A DNA stretch of 41,447 bases from a virus (IMGVR_UViG_3300028388_003367:1-41447); one strand, 5' to 3'; numbered from the stretch's first letter, positions 7,936-17,497 are shown. Made by a program: numbers and translations. Notes: generated by a model from the sequence alone, not told the origin.

Positions 7936-8242
7936 TCACCTGTGGGCGCGGATGATTGCGATCTTCGGCGATGCGTGGCTGTCCCGGTACGGATCGGAGG
8001 ACTCCGGCCTGTGGGCCTCGGTGCTTCACCGGCTGGCGGATGATGAGATCAAGCGAGGGGTGGAGCTGTGCGTGACGGACTGGGAGGGGGGCTGGCCGCC
8101 GACGCCGGGCAAGTTCATCGCGATGGCGAGGATTCCTTCGGCGCATCGGGCGGTCGACCGCTCCAGGCTCCTCGCGGTGAAGCCGGCGCAGGATCACGTC
8201 AGGGACGAGCACCTACGGAAGATGAGGGAGCTACTCAGATGA
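7811..8242 (+). CDS. lambda P-like replication/helicase-loader protein
   Basis: LWARMIAIFGDAWLSRYG and WPPTPGKF motifs; GAGGTG SD; lies downstream of the initiator. Confidence 0.65.
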   Translation: MKHSSEILEDIGYSRTGVQVRSEATRSSDGSRGGRDLQKRLDHLWARMIAIFGDAWLSRYGSEDSGLWASVLHRLADDEIKRGVELCVTDWEGGWPPTPGKFIAMARIPSAHRAVDRSRLLAVKPAQDHVRDEHLRKMRELLR

Positions 8243-8967
8243 GCACGCCTTGGAAGCGCAAGGAGGTCATCGGCGACGCCACGCTGTACCTCGGCGATTG
8301 TCTCGAAATTCTGCCGCATGTGGGTGAGGTGGATGCGGTAGTGACTGATCCGCCATACGTCGGGCTGAAAGGTGGAGGCGAGCATGTTCGGGGCGGCGTG
8401 GCGGGGCACCTTGTGCAAGGATCAACGCCTGTCGGAGACCCGTGGGGCGCGTCGCACCGCTGGGTTGAGCTGGCACTCCCTAGATTCGCCGCTCTGGCGT
8501 TTTGCGGCCACGCGGACATCGTGTCGCTAAACGCCGCGTTTGATCGCCCTGGGTGGCTTCTGACGTGGTTTAAACGCAACGCACCGGCCGCGCGGAAAGG
8601 TGTTGTGCGGTTTTGTGCTGAATACGTATGGGCTGTGCGGTTCGGCGGCGCGTGCTCGTGGCATCTGTTGGATACGGTGCTGGACGTGCCTAACGCAAAT
8701 GCAGGGTGTGCCGGGGGAGGTGAACGGATTGTGAATCATGATGGGAAGGCGGCGCATCCGACTCAGAAGCCGGTCCGGCTGATGGAAAGGCTTTTGCTTC
8801 CTGAATTTGGCAGCGTGCTCGATCCCTTCATGGGTTCCGGCACCACCGGAGTCGCCTGCGCGAACCTCGGCCGCAAGTTCATCGGCATTGAGCTAGATCC
8901 TAAGTATTTCGACATAGCGTGCGAGCGCATTGCTGCGGCGTATGCTCAGGGCAGACTGTTTGAATGA
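8239..8967 (+). CDS. orphan beta-class N4/N6 DNA methyltransferase
   Basis: TDPPY (motif IV), HPTQKP, and LDPFMGSGTT (motif I) in beta order. Confidence 0.92.
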   Translation: MSTPWKRKEVIGDATLYLGDCLEILPHVGEVDAVVTDPPYVGLKGGGEHVRGGVAGHLVQGSTPVGDPWGASHRWVELALPRFAALAFCGHADIVSLNAAFDRPGWLLTWFKRNAPAARKGVVRFCAEYVWAVRFGGACSWHLLDTVLDVPNANAGCAGGGERIVNHDGKAAHPTQKPVRLMERLLLPEFGSVLDPFMGSGTTGVACANLGRKFIGIELDPKYFDIACERIAAAYAQGRLFE

Positions 8968-9064
8968 ACGTCGTGCGGTGGCTGAGACGCTGGTGTGCGA
9001 GCGATGGGAGGGGGTCAGCGATGAAGCGACGTCGGCGGCTGGCTGAACTGAGGCGGGAGCTCGC

Positions 9065-9382
9065 ATGCTGAGCGACTACGGAATCAACGGGGAATTGGCC
9101 GTCATTGCTGGCGTTCTGGACGGCGAACGGCGCAACCAGCTTAGAGAGCGATCAAGAGAGAGGCCGGACAGCGTGTTCTTGCGCGTTGGCGATGACAACA
9201 TCGAGTGGCGCCCGCTGACCGACTGGTCCCAGCTTGGCCCGCTGGTGGAGGCTTATCGCTTGATATGGGCGCACGATATTGGCTGTGCGATTAATGATGG
9301 TGGTTTTTTGAGTGGGCAAGAGTTTCGCCGCCAGCTCTGCGAAGACATCATCATGTTCCATGGCGAGGTAGAGAAGTGCTGA
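9065..9382 (+). CDS. hypothetical protein (NinX-like W.PL.DWSQ.GPL motif)
   Basis: WRPLTDWSQLGPLVE; GGGAG SD. Confidence 0.55.
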   Translation: MLSDYGINGELAVIAGVLDGERRNQLRERSRERPDSVFLRVGDDNIEWRPLTDWSQLGPLVEAYRLIWAHDIGCAINDGGFLSGQEFRRQLCEDIIMFHGEVEKC

Positions 9383-9912
9383 ACCTCCTGCGCCGCCACC
9401 TGAAGCCCGTCGACCCGATCCGCACGCGCTCGGGCGGCGGCAACGGCAAGGCGGCGAATGCGCCGCCGGAGCACAACGAGCAGGCGGTGTTCATCGAGTG
9501 GCTTGACAAGTTCCACCCGAAGGTCCGGGCCATGACCTGCGCGGTGCCGAACGGGACGCACAAACGGTCCATGGCAAGCCGCATGAAGCATCGGAAGGAG
9601 GGCCTGACGCCGGGCTACCCCGACGTGCTCATCGACTACCCCTGCGGCCCGTACCATGGGCTCAGGGTCGAGATGAAGCGCCGGGCGAAATCGCTGTCCG
9701 GGTGCTCCGACGCGCAGTATCTGTGGAAGGAACGGCTGACCATGATCGGCTACCGCTCGGTGATCTGCTACGGCGCCGACGAGGCCATCGCGGAGGCCGA
9801 GCAGTATCTCAACCTGGGGCCGTTCAGCATTACGGCATGGCTGCGGTTCTGGCACGAAGACGACCAGCATCTCCGGGCGGTGCTGGCGTATCTGGAGGAG
9901 GAGAGGGCATGA
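9376..9912 (+). CDS. VRR-NUC domain nuclease (resolvase-like)
   Basis: EHNEQ..AVPNG..EGLTPGYPDV..LRVEMKR..SDAQ PD-(D/E)xK motif. Confidence 0.88.
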   Translation: MLNLLRRHLKPVDPIRTRSGGGNGKAANAPPEHNEQAVFIEWLDKFHPKVRAMTCAVPNGTHKRSMASRMKHRKEGLTPGYPDVLIDYPCGPYHGLRVEMKRRAKSLSGCSDAQYLWKERLTMIGYRSVICYGADEAIAEAEQYLNLGPFSITAWLRFWHEDDQHLRAVLAYLEEERA

Positions 9913-10178
9913 AGGTCAATATGAACGTCAACGTCGAACTCACCGAGGAGCAGGTGCTGGAAATAGTCCGCCAAGCGCTCGGCAACGCCGCCGTGACCCG
10001 GGGCGGGCCGCGCACCGTGGTCGGCAACCTGCCGCCCTACGACGACGACCCGCCGCCGCCGCCCGAGCCGTGCGGCATGGAGAACTGTCAGCGGCTGGGG
10101 GATGATCGACTGCGCTGCGGGCGCGCGAGCTGCCCGCACAGCGCGACGAACGCGGCAGCTCGAACGGGGGTGGTGTGA
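9909..10178 (+). CDS. hypothetical protein with a Pro linker and Cys-rich tail
   Basis: ATGA coupling, GGAGGAGG SD. Confidence 0.6.
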   Translation: MKVNMNVNVELTEEQVLEIVRQALGNAAVTRGGPRTVVGNLPPYDDDPPPPPEPCGMENCQRLGDDRLRCGRASCPHSATNAAARTGVV

Positions 10179-11110
10179 TGAGTCTCAACGCCCAGCAGAT
10201 CGAGACAAAGAACCGCACCATCGGCGGATCCGACGTCGCCGCGCTGTTCGGCGAGTCGCCCTGGGCGCAGCCCATGGACGTCTGGATGCGAGTGACCGGC
10301 CGCAAGCCCCTGGCCGCGAACGATGACGAGCTGGACCCGGATGACCCGAAGGCCGTCGGCAGTGAACTTGAGGACGTCTGCCGAGGGCGCTACCGCCGGG
10401 CGCTGTCCGAGGTGCTCGGCGAGGACGTAAAAGTCCAGCAACGCCACCAGCCGAAGTTCCACGTGGATCTGCCCTACCTCGCCGGCAACATCGACGCCGA
10501 CGTCGTCGGCCACCGCCGCCTCGGCGAGCTGAAGGTGTGCTTCTACGCTGACCGCAGCCAGTGGGGTGAGCCGGGCACGGACGAGGTGCCGGCGCACTAC
10601 GCGCTGCAGGTTCACACCTACCTGCTGCTCCACGACTACGAGGTCGGGGATCTGTTCGCCTGGTTTGGCCGCAACGACTGGCGCCGCTACGAGCTCCGCC
10701 GGCACGCGGCCATGGACGAGCTGATCCTCGACCGATGCCGGACGTTCTGGACCGACTACGTCGAGACCGACACCGCGCCGCCCGTGGACGTCGCGCACCC
10801 GCGCGCCGAGGCCGTGCTGCGCGAGCTGTACCCCGGGACCAACGGTCAGCGCATCGTGCTTCCGGAGGAGGCCGTTCACTACCATGCGGTGCTCCGCGAC
10901 CTGTCGAAGCGTCGCGCCGACATCGAGGCGTCCGAGCGGGAAATGCGCGCCCGGCTGCTCGAGATGGTGGGCGAGAACGCGGTCGGCCTGCTGCCAAACG
11001 GCGGCGGCTACGCACGCAAGCTGGTGAAGCGCGACGGCTACACCGTCGAGCCGACCGAGTACATGCAGTTCCGATTCAGCGGCAACTACAAGCCGCAGGG
11101 AGAAGGGTGA
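10175..11110 (+). CDS. YqaJ-like (lambda Exo family) recombination exonuclease
   Basis: IGGSDVAALFGESPW, LAGNIDA..ELK, VPAHYALQVHTY. Confidence 0.92.
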   Translation: MMSLNAQQIETKNRTIGGSDVAALFGESPWAQPMDVWMRVTGRKPLAANDDELDPDDPKAVGSELEDVCRGRYRRALSEVLGEDVKVQQRHQPKFHVDLPYLAGNIDADVVGHRRLGELKVCFYADRSQWGEPGTDEVPAHYALQVHTYLLLHDYEVGDLFAWFGRNDWRRYELRRHAAMDELILDRCRTFWTDYVETDTAPPVDVAHPRAEAVLRELYPGTNGQRIVLPEEAVHYHAVLRDLSKRRADIEASEREMRARLLEMVGENAVGLLPNGGGYARKLVKRDGYTVEPTEYMQFRFSGNYKPQGEG

Positions 11111-12117
11111 TGGGCAACGAAATCGTGAAGGCCAACGGGTTCGACATGCAGCCGGAGACGTTCGAGGACGCATGGCGCATGTGCAAGGCGCTGGCGTCGT
11201 CCGAGCTGGTGCCGAAGGACTACCGCAACAAGCCGGAGAACGTGCTGGTCGCAGCGCAGATGGGCGCCGAGCTGGGCCTCAAGCCGCTTCAGGCCATCCA
11301 GAACGTCGCGGTCATCAACGGTCGTCCGGCCGTGTGGGGCGATGCGCTGCTCGCCATCGTGCGCGGCCATCCCGAGTGCGAGGACGTGGAGGAGTGGATC
11401 GAGGGCGAGGGCGACGCCATGGTCGCGCAGTGCGTCGTGAAGCGCCGCGGGCAATCGGCTACCCAGGCGTCGTTCAGCGTCGCCGACGCCAAGGCCGCGA
11501 GCCTCTGGAAGAAACAGGGTCCGTGGCAGCAGTACCCGAAGCGCATGCTGCAGCTCCGGGCGCGCTCGTTCGCCTTGCGCGACTCGTTCGCCGACGCCCT
11601 GCGTGGCATTCAGGTCGCCGAGGAGGTGCGCGACTACCAGCCGGCGGCGACCATCGTGACCGCGGAGTTCGGGGACGCGCCGGAGGCGAAGAAGACGTCC
11701 GGCACCGCCGCCCTGCTCGAGCGACACACCGAGGCGGCAGCCCCGAAACCGACCCCCGCGCAGCTCATGGGCCAGATCGCCGCGGCCGACACCGTCGTCG
11801 ACCTGAAGGCGGTCGCCCGGCGCATCAAGGATGCCGGTCTGCCCGAGGAGGACGCCGGGGCACTGCGCACGGCCTACACGGCGCGGATGGATGAACTGAC
11901 CACGCCGCCGGCGCCCGAGGAACCTGAGCCGCCTGCCGCCGAGGAGCCGGTGGACGAGGAGCGTCAGATCCAGCAGGGCTACCTGCAGGCCATCGTGGAC
12001 GCCATCGGCCCGGAGGAGGTCTACAGCGCGGTCCAGGACGCACAGAAGGTGCTGAGCAAGGACGCCATGCGCATCGTGAACAGCGCCGCACAGGCGCGTC
12101 TGGAGGAGCTCGGCTGA
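11110..12117 (+). CDS. recT: RecT/Redbeta-like single-strand annealing protein
   Basis: LVPKDYRNKPEN..GAELGLKPLQAIQNVAVINGRP..WQQYPKRMLQLRA; follows YqaJ. Confidence 0.88.
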   Translation: MGNEIVKANGFDMQPETFEDAWRMCKALASSELVPKDYRNKPENVLVAAQMGAELGLKPLQAIQNVAVINGRPAVWGDALLAIVRGHPECEDVEEWIEGEGDAMVAQCVVKRRGQSATQASFSVADAKAASLWKKQGPWQQYPKRMLQLRARSFALRDSFADALRGIQVAEEVRDYQPAATIVTAEFGDAPEAKKTSGTAALLERHTEAAAPKPTPAQLMGQIAAADTVVDLKAVARRIKDAGLPEEDAGALRTAYTARMDELTTPPAPEEPEPPAAEEPVDEERQIQQGYLQAIVDAIGPEEVYSAVQDAQKVLSKDAMRIVNSAAQARLEELG

Positions 12118-12118
12118 C

Positions 12119-12520
12119 ATGCCGCGCAAGCGTTCCATGGACGTCGAGGAAGCGCTCGCCAAGGCGCAGAAGGCTCTCCGAGACGTCTACGGCCCGATGG
12201 TCGAGGAGAACCCGGTGATGAGGGACTACGACCCGTTCGTGTCCCTCGTCGTCGCGGCCAACGATCCGAGCCTGCCCTCGTCGACCGCGGCGAAGATGCA
12301 CGCCGAGGCGCTGCAGTACGTGTACCCGAAGCTCAAGGCGACCGAGGTGTCCGGCGAGGGATTCAGCTCCGGCAGCATCCAAGTGGTGCTGTGGGGCAAG
12401 GATAACGAGCCGCACCAGGTCAGCGCCGCCGAACAGAAGCGGGTGATCGAGGGCAAGGTGGTCGAGGCCATTCCGCAGATCGAGCCGCAGGAAGTTCCGT
12501 CGCGGGATGACGACGGATGA
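12119..12520 (+). CDS. probable terminase small subunit
   Basis: ALQYVYPKLKATEVSG motif; position upstream of TerL. Confidence 0.55.
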   Translation: MPRKRSMDVEEALAKAQKALRDVYGPMVEENPVMRDYDPFVSLVVAANDPSLPSSTAAKMHAEALQYVYPKLKATEVSGEGFSSGSIQVVLWGKDNEPHQVSAAEQKRVIEGKVVEAIPQIEPQEVPSRDDDG

Positions 12521-13113
12521 TGGCCTACGGCTGGCGCGACTTCGTGCTGGCAACCTCGCCGAAGGTGGCGTCCACCAGCATCGCGCATGGCATGGCCGCT
12601 CGGGGTGTCGCGATGATTCCCGGCGAGAAGATGCGGGCCAGTACCCTGCCCGTGGTCGGGATCATCCGTGAGCCCGTCGACCGCCTTCTGTCCTGCTACC
12701 AGTTCTTCATGGCGCAGCCGAAGGGCGCCCCGGGGCCGTTTCTCGGCAAGCCCGACTTCCGCGCGTTCTTGGCCGGCGTCGAGGAGACCATCCACGCCGA
12801 CACCGCCAACCACCACTGGCAGCCCCAATGCGATCAGCTACGTGGCGTGACGCACTACGTACCCTTCACTCGACTCGATGGTTTCTGGCGCGAGTTCATG
12901 GGCGAGCCGTCGCTGCCGCACGAGAACAGAGCGCCGCGCAAGCACATGGAGCTGAGCCGGAGTATCCTTCAGCGCATTCAGCGCCTGTATGCCGCGGACG
13001 CGGCGCAGTACGCCGCCGCCGTCGCGCGGTATGACAACACGATGGAGACGCTCCGATGGGCAGTAGCGCAACGCGAATCGAGAACACCCGTTCCGAAACC
13101 AGCCGCTCGGTGA
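12517..13113 (+). CDS. sulfotransferase family 2 (PAPS-dependent) protein
   Basis: PKVASTSI (5'-PSB), IREPVDRLLSCY (3'-PB) and HWQPQ motifs. Confidence 0.8.
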   Translation: MMAYGWRDFVLATSPKVASTSIAHGMAARGVAMIPGEKMRASTLPVVGIIREPVDRLLSCYQFFMAQPKGAPGPFLGKPDFRAFLAGVEETIHADTANHHWQPQCDQLRGVTHYVPFTRLDGFWREFMGEPSLPHENRAPRKHMELSRSILQRIQRLYAADAAQYAAAVARYDNTMETLRWAVAQRESRTPVPKPAAR

Positions 13114-13388
13114 AGCCGAGCCAGCAGACGACGACCCGCGGTATCACCCGCGTCGCCGGAACGAACCGCGTGGTCGGCACCGGCATCGCGTTCGGCAACA
13201 CGGCCGACATCACCGACACCGGATCCGGCCTGGCCGTGTTCGGCGTCAACGAGGTCATCGAGGTCCGCGGCTCCGCATCGAACGACGGCGAGTACGTCGT
13301 GACCGCCTCGGCTGCCGGCACGCTGTCCGTGGTGCCGAACATCACCACCGAGAGCGCTGGTGCCAGCATCGAGCTGCGCCGGAAGTAG
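13056..13388 (+). CDS. small beta-rich putative virion protein
   Basis: GGAGA SD; IEVRGSASNDGEYVV motif; T/S/G-rich. Confidence 0.6.
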   Translation: MGSSATRIENTRSETSRSVKPSQQTTTRGITRVAGTNRVVGTGIAFGNTADITDTGSGLAVFGVNEVIEVRGSASNDGEYVVTASAAGTLSVVPNITTESAGASIELRRK

Positions 13389-13391
13389 TCG

Positions 13392-13802
13392 GTGGGGCGT
13401 CCTCGTCTCAGCCTGCCGAACTCGGCTGCGGTTCTTCGTGAAGCGCGGCAGATGTTCGAGCAGAAGCGTCGGCTCGAGCTTGGTGATCGCATTGGCGCCG
13501 TGCAAAACGGCGTCGAAGCCATTGAGGCATCGGACGTGGCGTTCGATAACTCCGCGTCAGGGCTCACGGCAACTACCGTTCAGGGCGCGATCAATGAGAT
13601 AGCGTCCGACTCGCCGGACTACACGCTGTCGAACGTGACTACCGATAGAGTGCTCGACGCTGACGCGGCGGCAGGCGCAATCAGCGCAACGCCGACGCAG
13701 GCCGAGGTTGAAGCGCTGCGCGACGCAGTCCTGCAACTGGCGGACGTCGTAGGCACGCTGGCCGCGGACCTTCAGGTCAAGAAATTGCTGGGAGAACCTT
13801 GA
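13392..13802 (+). CDS. putative virion fiber/decoration protein
   Basis: ASDVAFDNSASGLTATTVQGAINEI is a repeat typical of fibers; C-terminal coiled coil. Confidence 0.55.
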   Translation: MGRPRLSLPNSAAVLREARQMFEQKRRLELGDRIGAVQNGVEAIEASDVAFDNSASGLTATTVQGAINEIASDSPDYTLSNVTTDRVLDADAAAGAISATPTQAEVEALRDAVLQLADVVGTLAADLQVKKLLGEP

Positions 13803-15226
13803 TGCCCATCCAGGTCCCGCCTCCCAACGTATTCCGCCCGCGCCCGTACCAGACGCCGTTCTGGAAATTCATGGAGAACGGCGGGAAGCGCTACATCGGC
13901 GTGTGGCATCGCCGTGCCGGCAAGGATCTGAACGCCGTGGCGTGGACTGCGCGCGAGGCGTGCCTGAAGCCCGGGGTGTACTGGCACGTCGGCCCGACCT
14001 ACAAGCAGGCGCGCAAGTTCGTGTGGAACGGCATGACCGTCGACACCTACAACCCCAGCATCGCGCACCGCTACCGCGACGTCTTTCCGAAGGAGATGGT
14101 CGCCCGGCAGCGCGAAGACGACATGATGATCGAGCTGAAGAACGGCTCGATCTGGCAGGTGCTGGGCACCGACGACCCGGACAGCTTGGTCGGTCCGAAC
14201 CCGCGCGGCATCGTCTTCTCCGAGTACAGCATCCAGAACCCGGCGGCGTGGGAGTACCTGTCGCCGATCCTCGCGGAGAACGGCGGATGGGCGGTCTTCA
14301 TCTACACGCCTCGAGGCCGCAACCATGGCTATCGGCTTTACCGCGCCGCGCAGGATTTCATGGCGCAGCAGCCTGGCCGGTGGCTTGCCGAGAACCTGAC
14401 CATCGACGTGACCCGGAAGCTGTCGCCGGCCGGTGAGCTCGAGCCCGTCGTGTCCGAGGAGATGATCGCGGAGGAGCGCCAGCGCGGGAAGTCGGAGGAG
14501 GAGATCCAGCAGGAATACTACGGCAGCTTCAACTCGCCCCTGCATGGCTCCTTCTACGGCGACATCATGAAAGACATTCGCGCCGAGGGCCGGATCACCG
14601 AGGTCCGCTGGGATCCTGAGTTCCCGGTGCACACGTGGTGGGACATCGGCTACGACTACACCGCGATCATCTTCATGCAGGTCATCGGCAACGAGCGCCG
14701 GTTCATCGACTTCGAGGGCGGGCCGGACGGCGCGTTCGATCACTGGGCCGGGATCGTCACGCGCAAGCCCTACGTGTACGGCAATCACATCGGGCCATGG
14801 GACATCACGAAGCGCGGCGCCATTGGCGGGAAGCGGCTGATCGACGAAGCGCTGCGCCTCGGCATCCGCTTCACGAAATGCCCCAAGCATTTCAAGGACG
14901 ATGCCTGGCCGCAGGTCCGCATGTACTTGAAGAAGTGGGAATGCTACTTCGACGAGAAGAAGTGCGAGCACCTCATCGACGCCATGCACGAGTACCACCG
15001 GGAGTGGGACGACAAGGCGCAGACGTTCAAGGACACGGACGTGCACGATTGGGCTTCGCATCCGGCCGACGCCTTTCGCTATGGCGTCATGCAGGAGCCG
15101 AAGACGGACGTGCATAGCTTCCGGCAGACTGTTGCCTTCTCGGAATACAATCTGCTGGAAGGCGTACACTCGCCGGAACGCCCGCTGCACGCGGAAGACT
15201 ACGACCCCATGGAGAGCTGGATATGA
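13802..15226 (+). CDS. terL: terminase large subunit
   Basis: WHRRAGKD Walker A variant, GIVFSEYS Walker B, YTPRG, WDIG RNase H Asp, HDWASHPADAFRY. Confidence 0.95.
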   Translation: MPIQVPPPNVFRPRPYQTPFWKFMENGGKRYIGVWHRRAGKDLNAVAWTAREACLKPGVYWHVGPTYKQARKFVWNGMTVDTYNPSIAHRYRDVFPKEMVARQREDDMMIELKNGSIWQVLGTDDPDSLVGPNPRGIVFSEYSIQNPAAWEYLSPILAENGGWAVFIYTPRGRNHGYRLYRAAQDFMAQQPGRWLAENLTIDVTRKLSPAGELEPVVSEEMIAEERQRGKSEEEIQQEYYGSFNSPLHGSFYGDIMKDIRAEGRITEVRWDPEFPVHTWWDIGYDYTAIIFMQVIGNERRFIDFEGGPDGAFDHWAGIVTRKPYVYGNHIGPWDITKRGAIGGKRLIDEALRLGIRFTKCPKHFKDDAWPQVRMYLKKWECYFDEKKCEHLIDAMHEYHREWDDKAQTFKDTDVHDWASHPADAFRYGVMQEPKTDVHSFRQTVAFSEYNLLEGVHSPERPLHAEDYDPMESWI

Positions 15227-15342
15227 ACTCTCTGTACGAAGAAGACAAAGCGCGGCATGAACGCTCGATGCGGCGTCTCACAGTGATCTCCACGGTGATC
15301 GTCTCGCTGGCGTTCATCATCGTGATGGGGGTGCAGACATGA
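15223..15342 (+). CDS. 39-aa single-TM protein absent from the ORF track
   Basis: MNSLYEEDKARHERSMRRLTVISTVIVSLAFIIVMGVQT; ATGA-coupled at both ends; GGAGAG SD. Confidence 0.6.
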   Translation: MNSLYEEDKARHERSMRRLTVISTVIVSLAFIIVMGVQT

Positions 15343-15536
15343 GCTCGCTGTTCGCTCCCGATGCCCCGGACCCGGTGCCGCTCCCTGACCGCAGTGCCGT
15401 GAGCGGTGCCGAGCGCCGCTTGCGCGAACGTGCGGCTCGCACGGGCCGCAACCAGACCCTGCTGACCCGTCCGCGTGACCGGGGCAACACCGGCATGCGC
15501 CCGCGCGCGGAGTCCACGACGCTCCTCGGAGGCTGA
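15339..15536 (+). CDS. small pre-portal protein (analogous in position to T7 gp7.3)
   Basis: MSSLFAPDAP...GRNQTLLT...TTLLGG pattern; immediately before the portal. Confidence 0.7.
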   Translation: MSSLFAPDAPDPVPLPDRSAVSGAERRLRERAARTGRNQTLLTRPRDRGNTGMRPRAESTTLLGG

Positions 15537-15537
15537 C

Positions 15538-17172
15538 ATGCCCGCAGACGTCAACCAGCTCGCCCGGCTGCTCGAGCGCGAGAAGCAGGGCATCCAGCAA
15601 TGGCGAACCCTATGGCAAGAGGTCGCCGAGCTGGTCATGCCCGGGCGCGCTACGTTCACGACCGAATGGGCGCAAGGCCAGCAGCGCAATCGGCGCATCC
15701 TCGACGACACGGCCGAGGAGGCGAACGAGGTGTGGGCGCAGGGCATGAGCGCCAACATGATGAGCCGGCAGACCCGTTGGTTCCATCTCGGCGTGACGAA
15801 CCCGGACATCGCCCGGCGCCGCGACGTGAAGGTGTGGCTCGCCGAGGCCACGGACGTCATGTACGGCAACCTGAACGACCCGTCCGCGCGCTTCTACCCC
15901 GCGACGAACCAGGTGCTGAAGGACCTGGGCGCGTTCGGCACCAGCATCATGTTCATGCCGGAGCGCTCGCGCCGGAACGGTGGCGGCGTCGCCTACCAGA
16001 CGCGCTTCCTCGGGGACGCGGTGATCTGCGAAGACCCCTACGGCATCGTCAACGGTGTCATGTTCGAGCAGAACTGGTCGCTGCAGGACATCGTCGACGA
16101 GTGGGGCGAGGGCAAGCTGCCGGAGAAGCTCAGCGAGGAATGGTCGCAGGACGGGTGCGACCGGAAGACGAAGAAGCACATGGTCGTTCATGCTGTGCTG
16201 CCGCGCGATGACCGCGCCGTCGGCGGGCAATCGGCCACCCGCATGCCCTTCGCATCGGTCTGGTGGATGCCGCAGCACAAGGCGATTCTGGACGAGTCCG
16301 GCTTTCGCGAGTTCCCGTTCGCCGTGCCGCGCCTCGACCCGCGCACGGGCGAGAAGTACGGCGTCGGCCACGGTCTGCGCAAGCTCCACGACATCCGCAT
16401 GCTGCAGCGCATGTGGGAGACCGTCATCAAGGCCGCTCAGAAGGCGGTCGACCCGCCGCTGATGGTGCCCGACGACAGTTTCGTCGGCCCGGTGCGCACG
16501 GTACCGGGCGGGCTCAACTACTTCCGCGCTGGTACGGAGGACCGCATCAGCGCGCTGGACACGGGCGCGCGCGTGGACATCGGTGAAGCTCTGCTCGAGA
16601 TGCAGCGCGACGTGATCCGCAAGGCGTTCTTCAACGACGTGTTCGACATCACCGCGGACAGCACCGGCGTCAACGTGAAGGCGACGTTCGTAAACTCGCG
16701 CCGCCGGGACAAGCTGATGCGCCTGTCGCCGATCTTCTCTCTGCTCGAGCCGGACCTGCTGGACCCGATCATCTCGCGGACCTACGCCGTCCTCGCGCGC
16801 CAGGGTCGGCTGCCGGAGATGCCCGCGGCCATGGAGGACGTTACGCTGCAGGTGGTCTACCAGTCGGCCATCTCCCGGGCGCAGCGCGGCAGCGAGGTCG
16901 ACGACATCTTCGGGCTGTTTGACGTGATCGCGCCGCTCGCCGAAGGCGATCCGAGCATCCTGATGAACATCGACGGCGACGCGCTGGTGCAGCACGCCGG
17001 GAACGAGCTCCTCAACGTCTCGCCGAAGATCCTGCGCGACCCGCGCATGGTGGCTCAGATGCGTCAGCAGCAGCAGCAGGCCGACGATGCAGCGCAGATG
17101 GCACAGCTCGCTCCGGGTGTCGCCGGCGCCCTGAAGGACGTGAGCGCAGCTCAGCAGGTGGCGAATGGCTGA
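15538..17172 (+). CDS. portal (head-to-tail connector, T7 gp8/BPP-1 type)
   Basis: WQEVAELVMP, WFHL, DLGAFGT, ESGFREFPFAVPR, AVDPPLMVP. Confidence 0.93.
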   Translation: MPADVNQLARLLEREKQGIQQWRTLWQEVAELVMPGRATFTTEWAQGQQRNRRILDDTAEEANEVWAQGMSANMMSRQTRWFHLGVTNPDIARRRDVKVWLAEATDVMYGNLNDPSARFYPATNQVLKDLGAFGTSIMFMPERSRRNGGGVAYQTRFLGDAVICEDPYGIVNGVMFEQNWSLQDIVDEWGEGKLPEKLSEEWSQDGCDRKTKKHMVVHAVLPRDDRAVGGQSATRMPFASVWWMPQHKAILDESGFREFPFAVPRLDPRTGEKYGVGHGLRKLHDIRMLQRMWETVIKAAQKAVDPPLMVPDDSFVGPVRTVPGGLNYFRAGTEDRISALDTGARVDIGEALLEMQRDVIRKAFFNDVFDITADSTGVNVKATFVNSRRRDKLMRLSPIFSLLEPDLLDPIISRTYAVLARQGRLPEMPAAMEDVTLQVVYQSAISRAQRGSEVDDIFGLFDVIAPLAEGDPSILMNIDGDALVQHAGNELLNVSPKILRDPRMVAQMRQQQQQADDAAQMAQLAPGVAGALKDVSAAQQVANG

Positions 17173-17497
17173 CGAGTTCGAGGCAGCGCGGCAGCGCGAA
17201 CGGCTGCGCATCGCGTACGCCAATACGTTCCGCTCGGAAGATGGGCAAATTGTGCTGCACGACTTGCTCGAGCGGTGCGGCGCGTTCGCGCCCTACGTCC
17301 CGAACATGCAGGCCGACGGCAACGCGCTGGCCATTCACCAGGCATGGTCCGAAGGCAGGCGCAGCGTGCCTCTGGACATTCTCGCGCGGCTCAACATGAC
17401 CGCGAACGACGCAGTGAAGATCCACAAGGAGATGATGGATGCGATGGGCGGACGACAACGAATGGATCGGGCGATCAGCGATGCGCCTGACGATTGA
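17165..17497 (+). CDS. conserved post-portal protein (BPP-1 Bbp19-like)
   Basis: YANTFRSEDGQIVLHDL...EGRRSV motif. Confidence 0.75.
   Translation: MADEFEAARQRERLRIAYANTFRSEDGQIVLHDLLERCGAFAPYVPNMQADGNALAIHQAWSEGRRSVPLDILARLNMTANDAVKIHKEMMDAMGGRQRMDRAISDAPDD

Noticed and set aside
8239-9912. Restriction-modification system (methyltransferase plus nuclease)
   Set aside because: VRR-NUC proteins and orphan methyltransferases are routine in phage nin-like regions; no cognate restriction enzyme is evident
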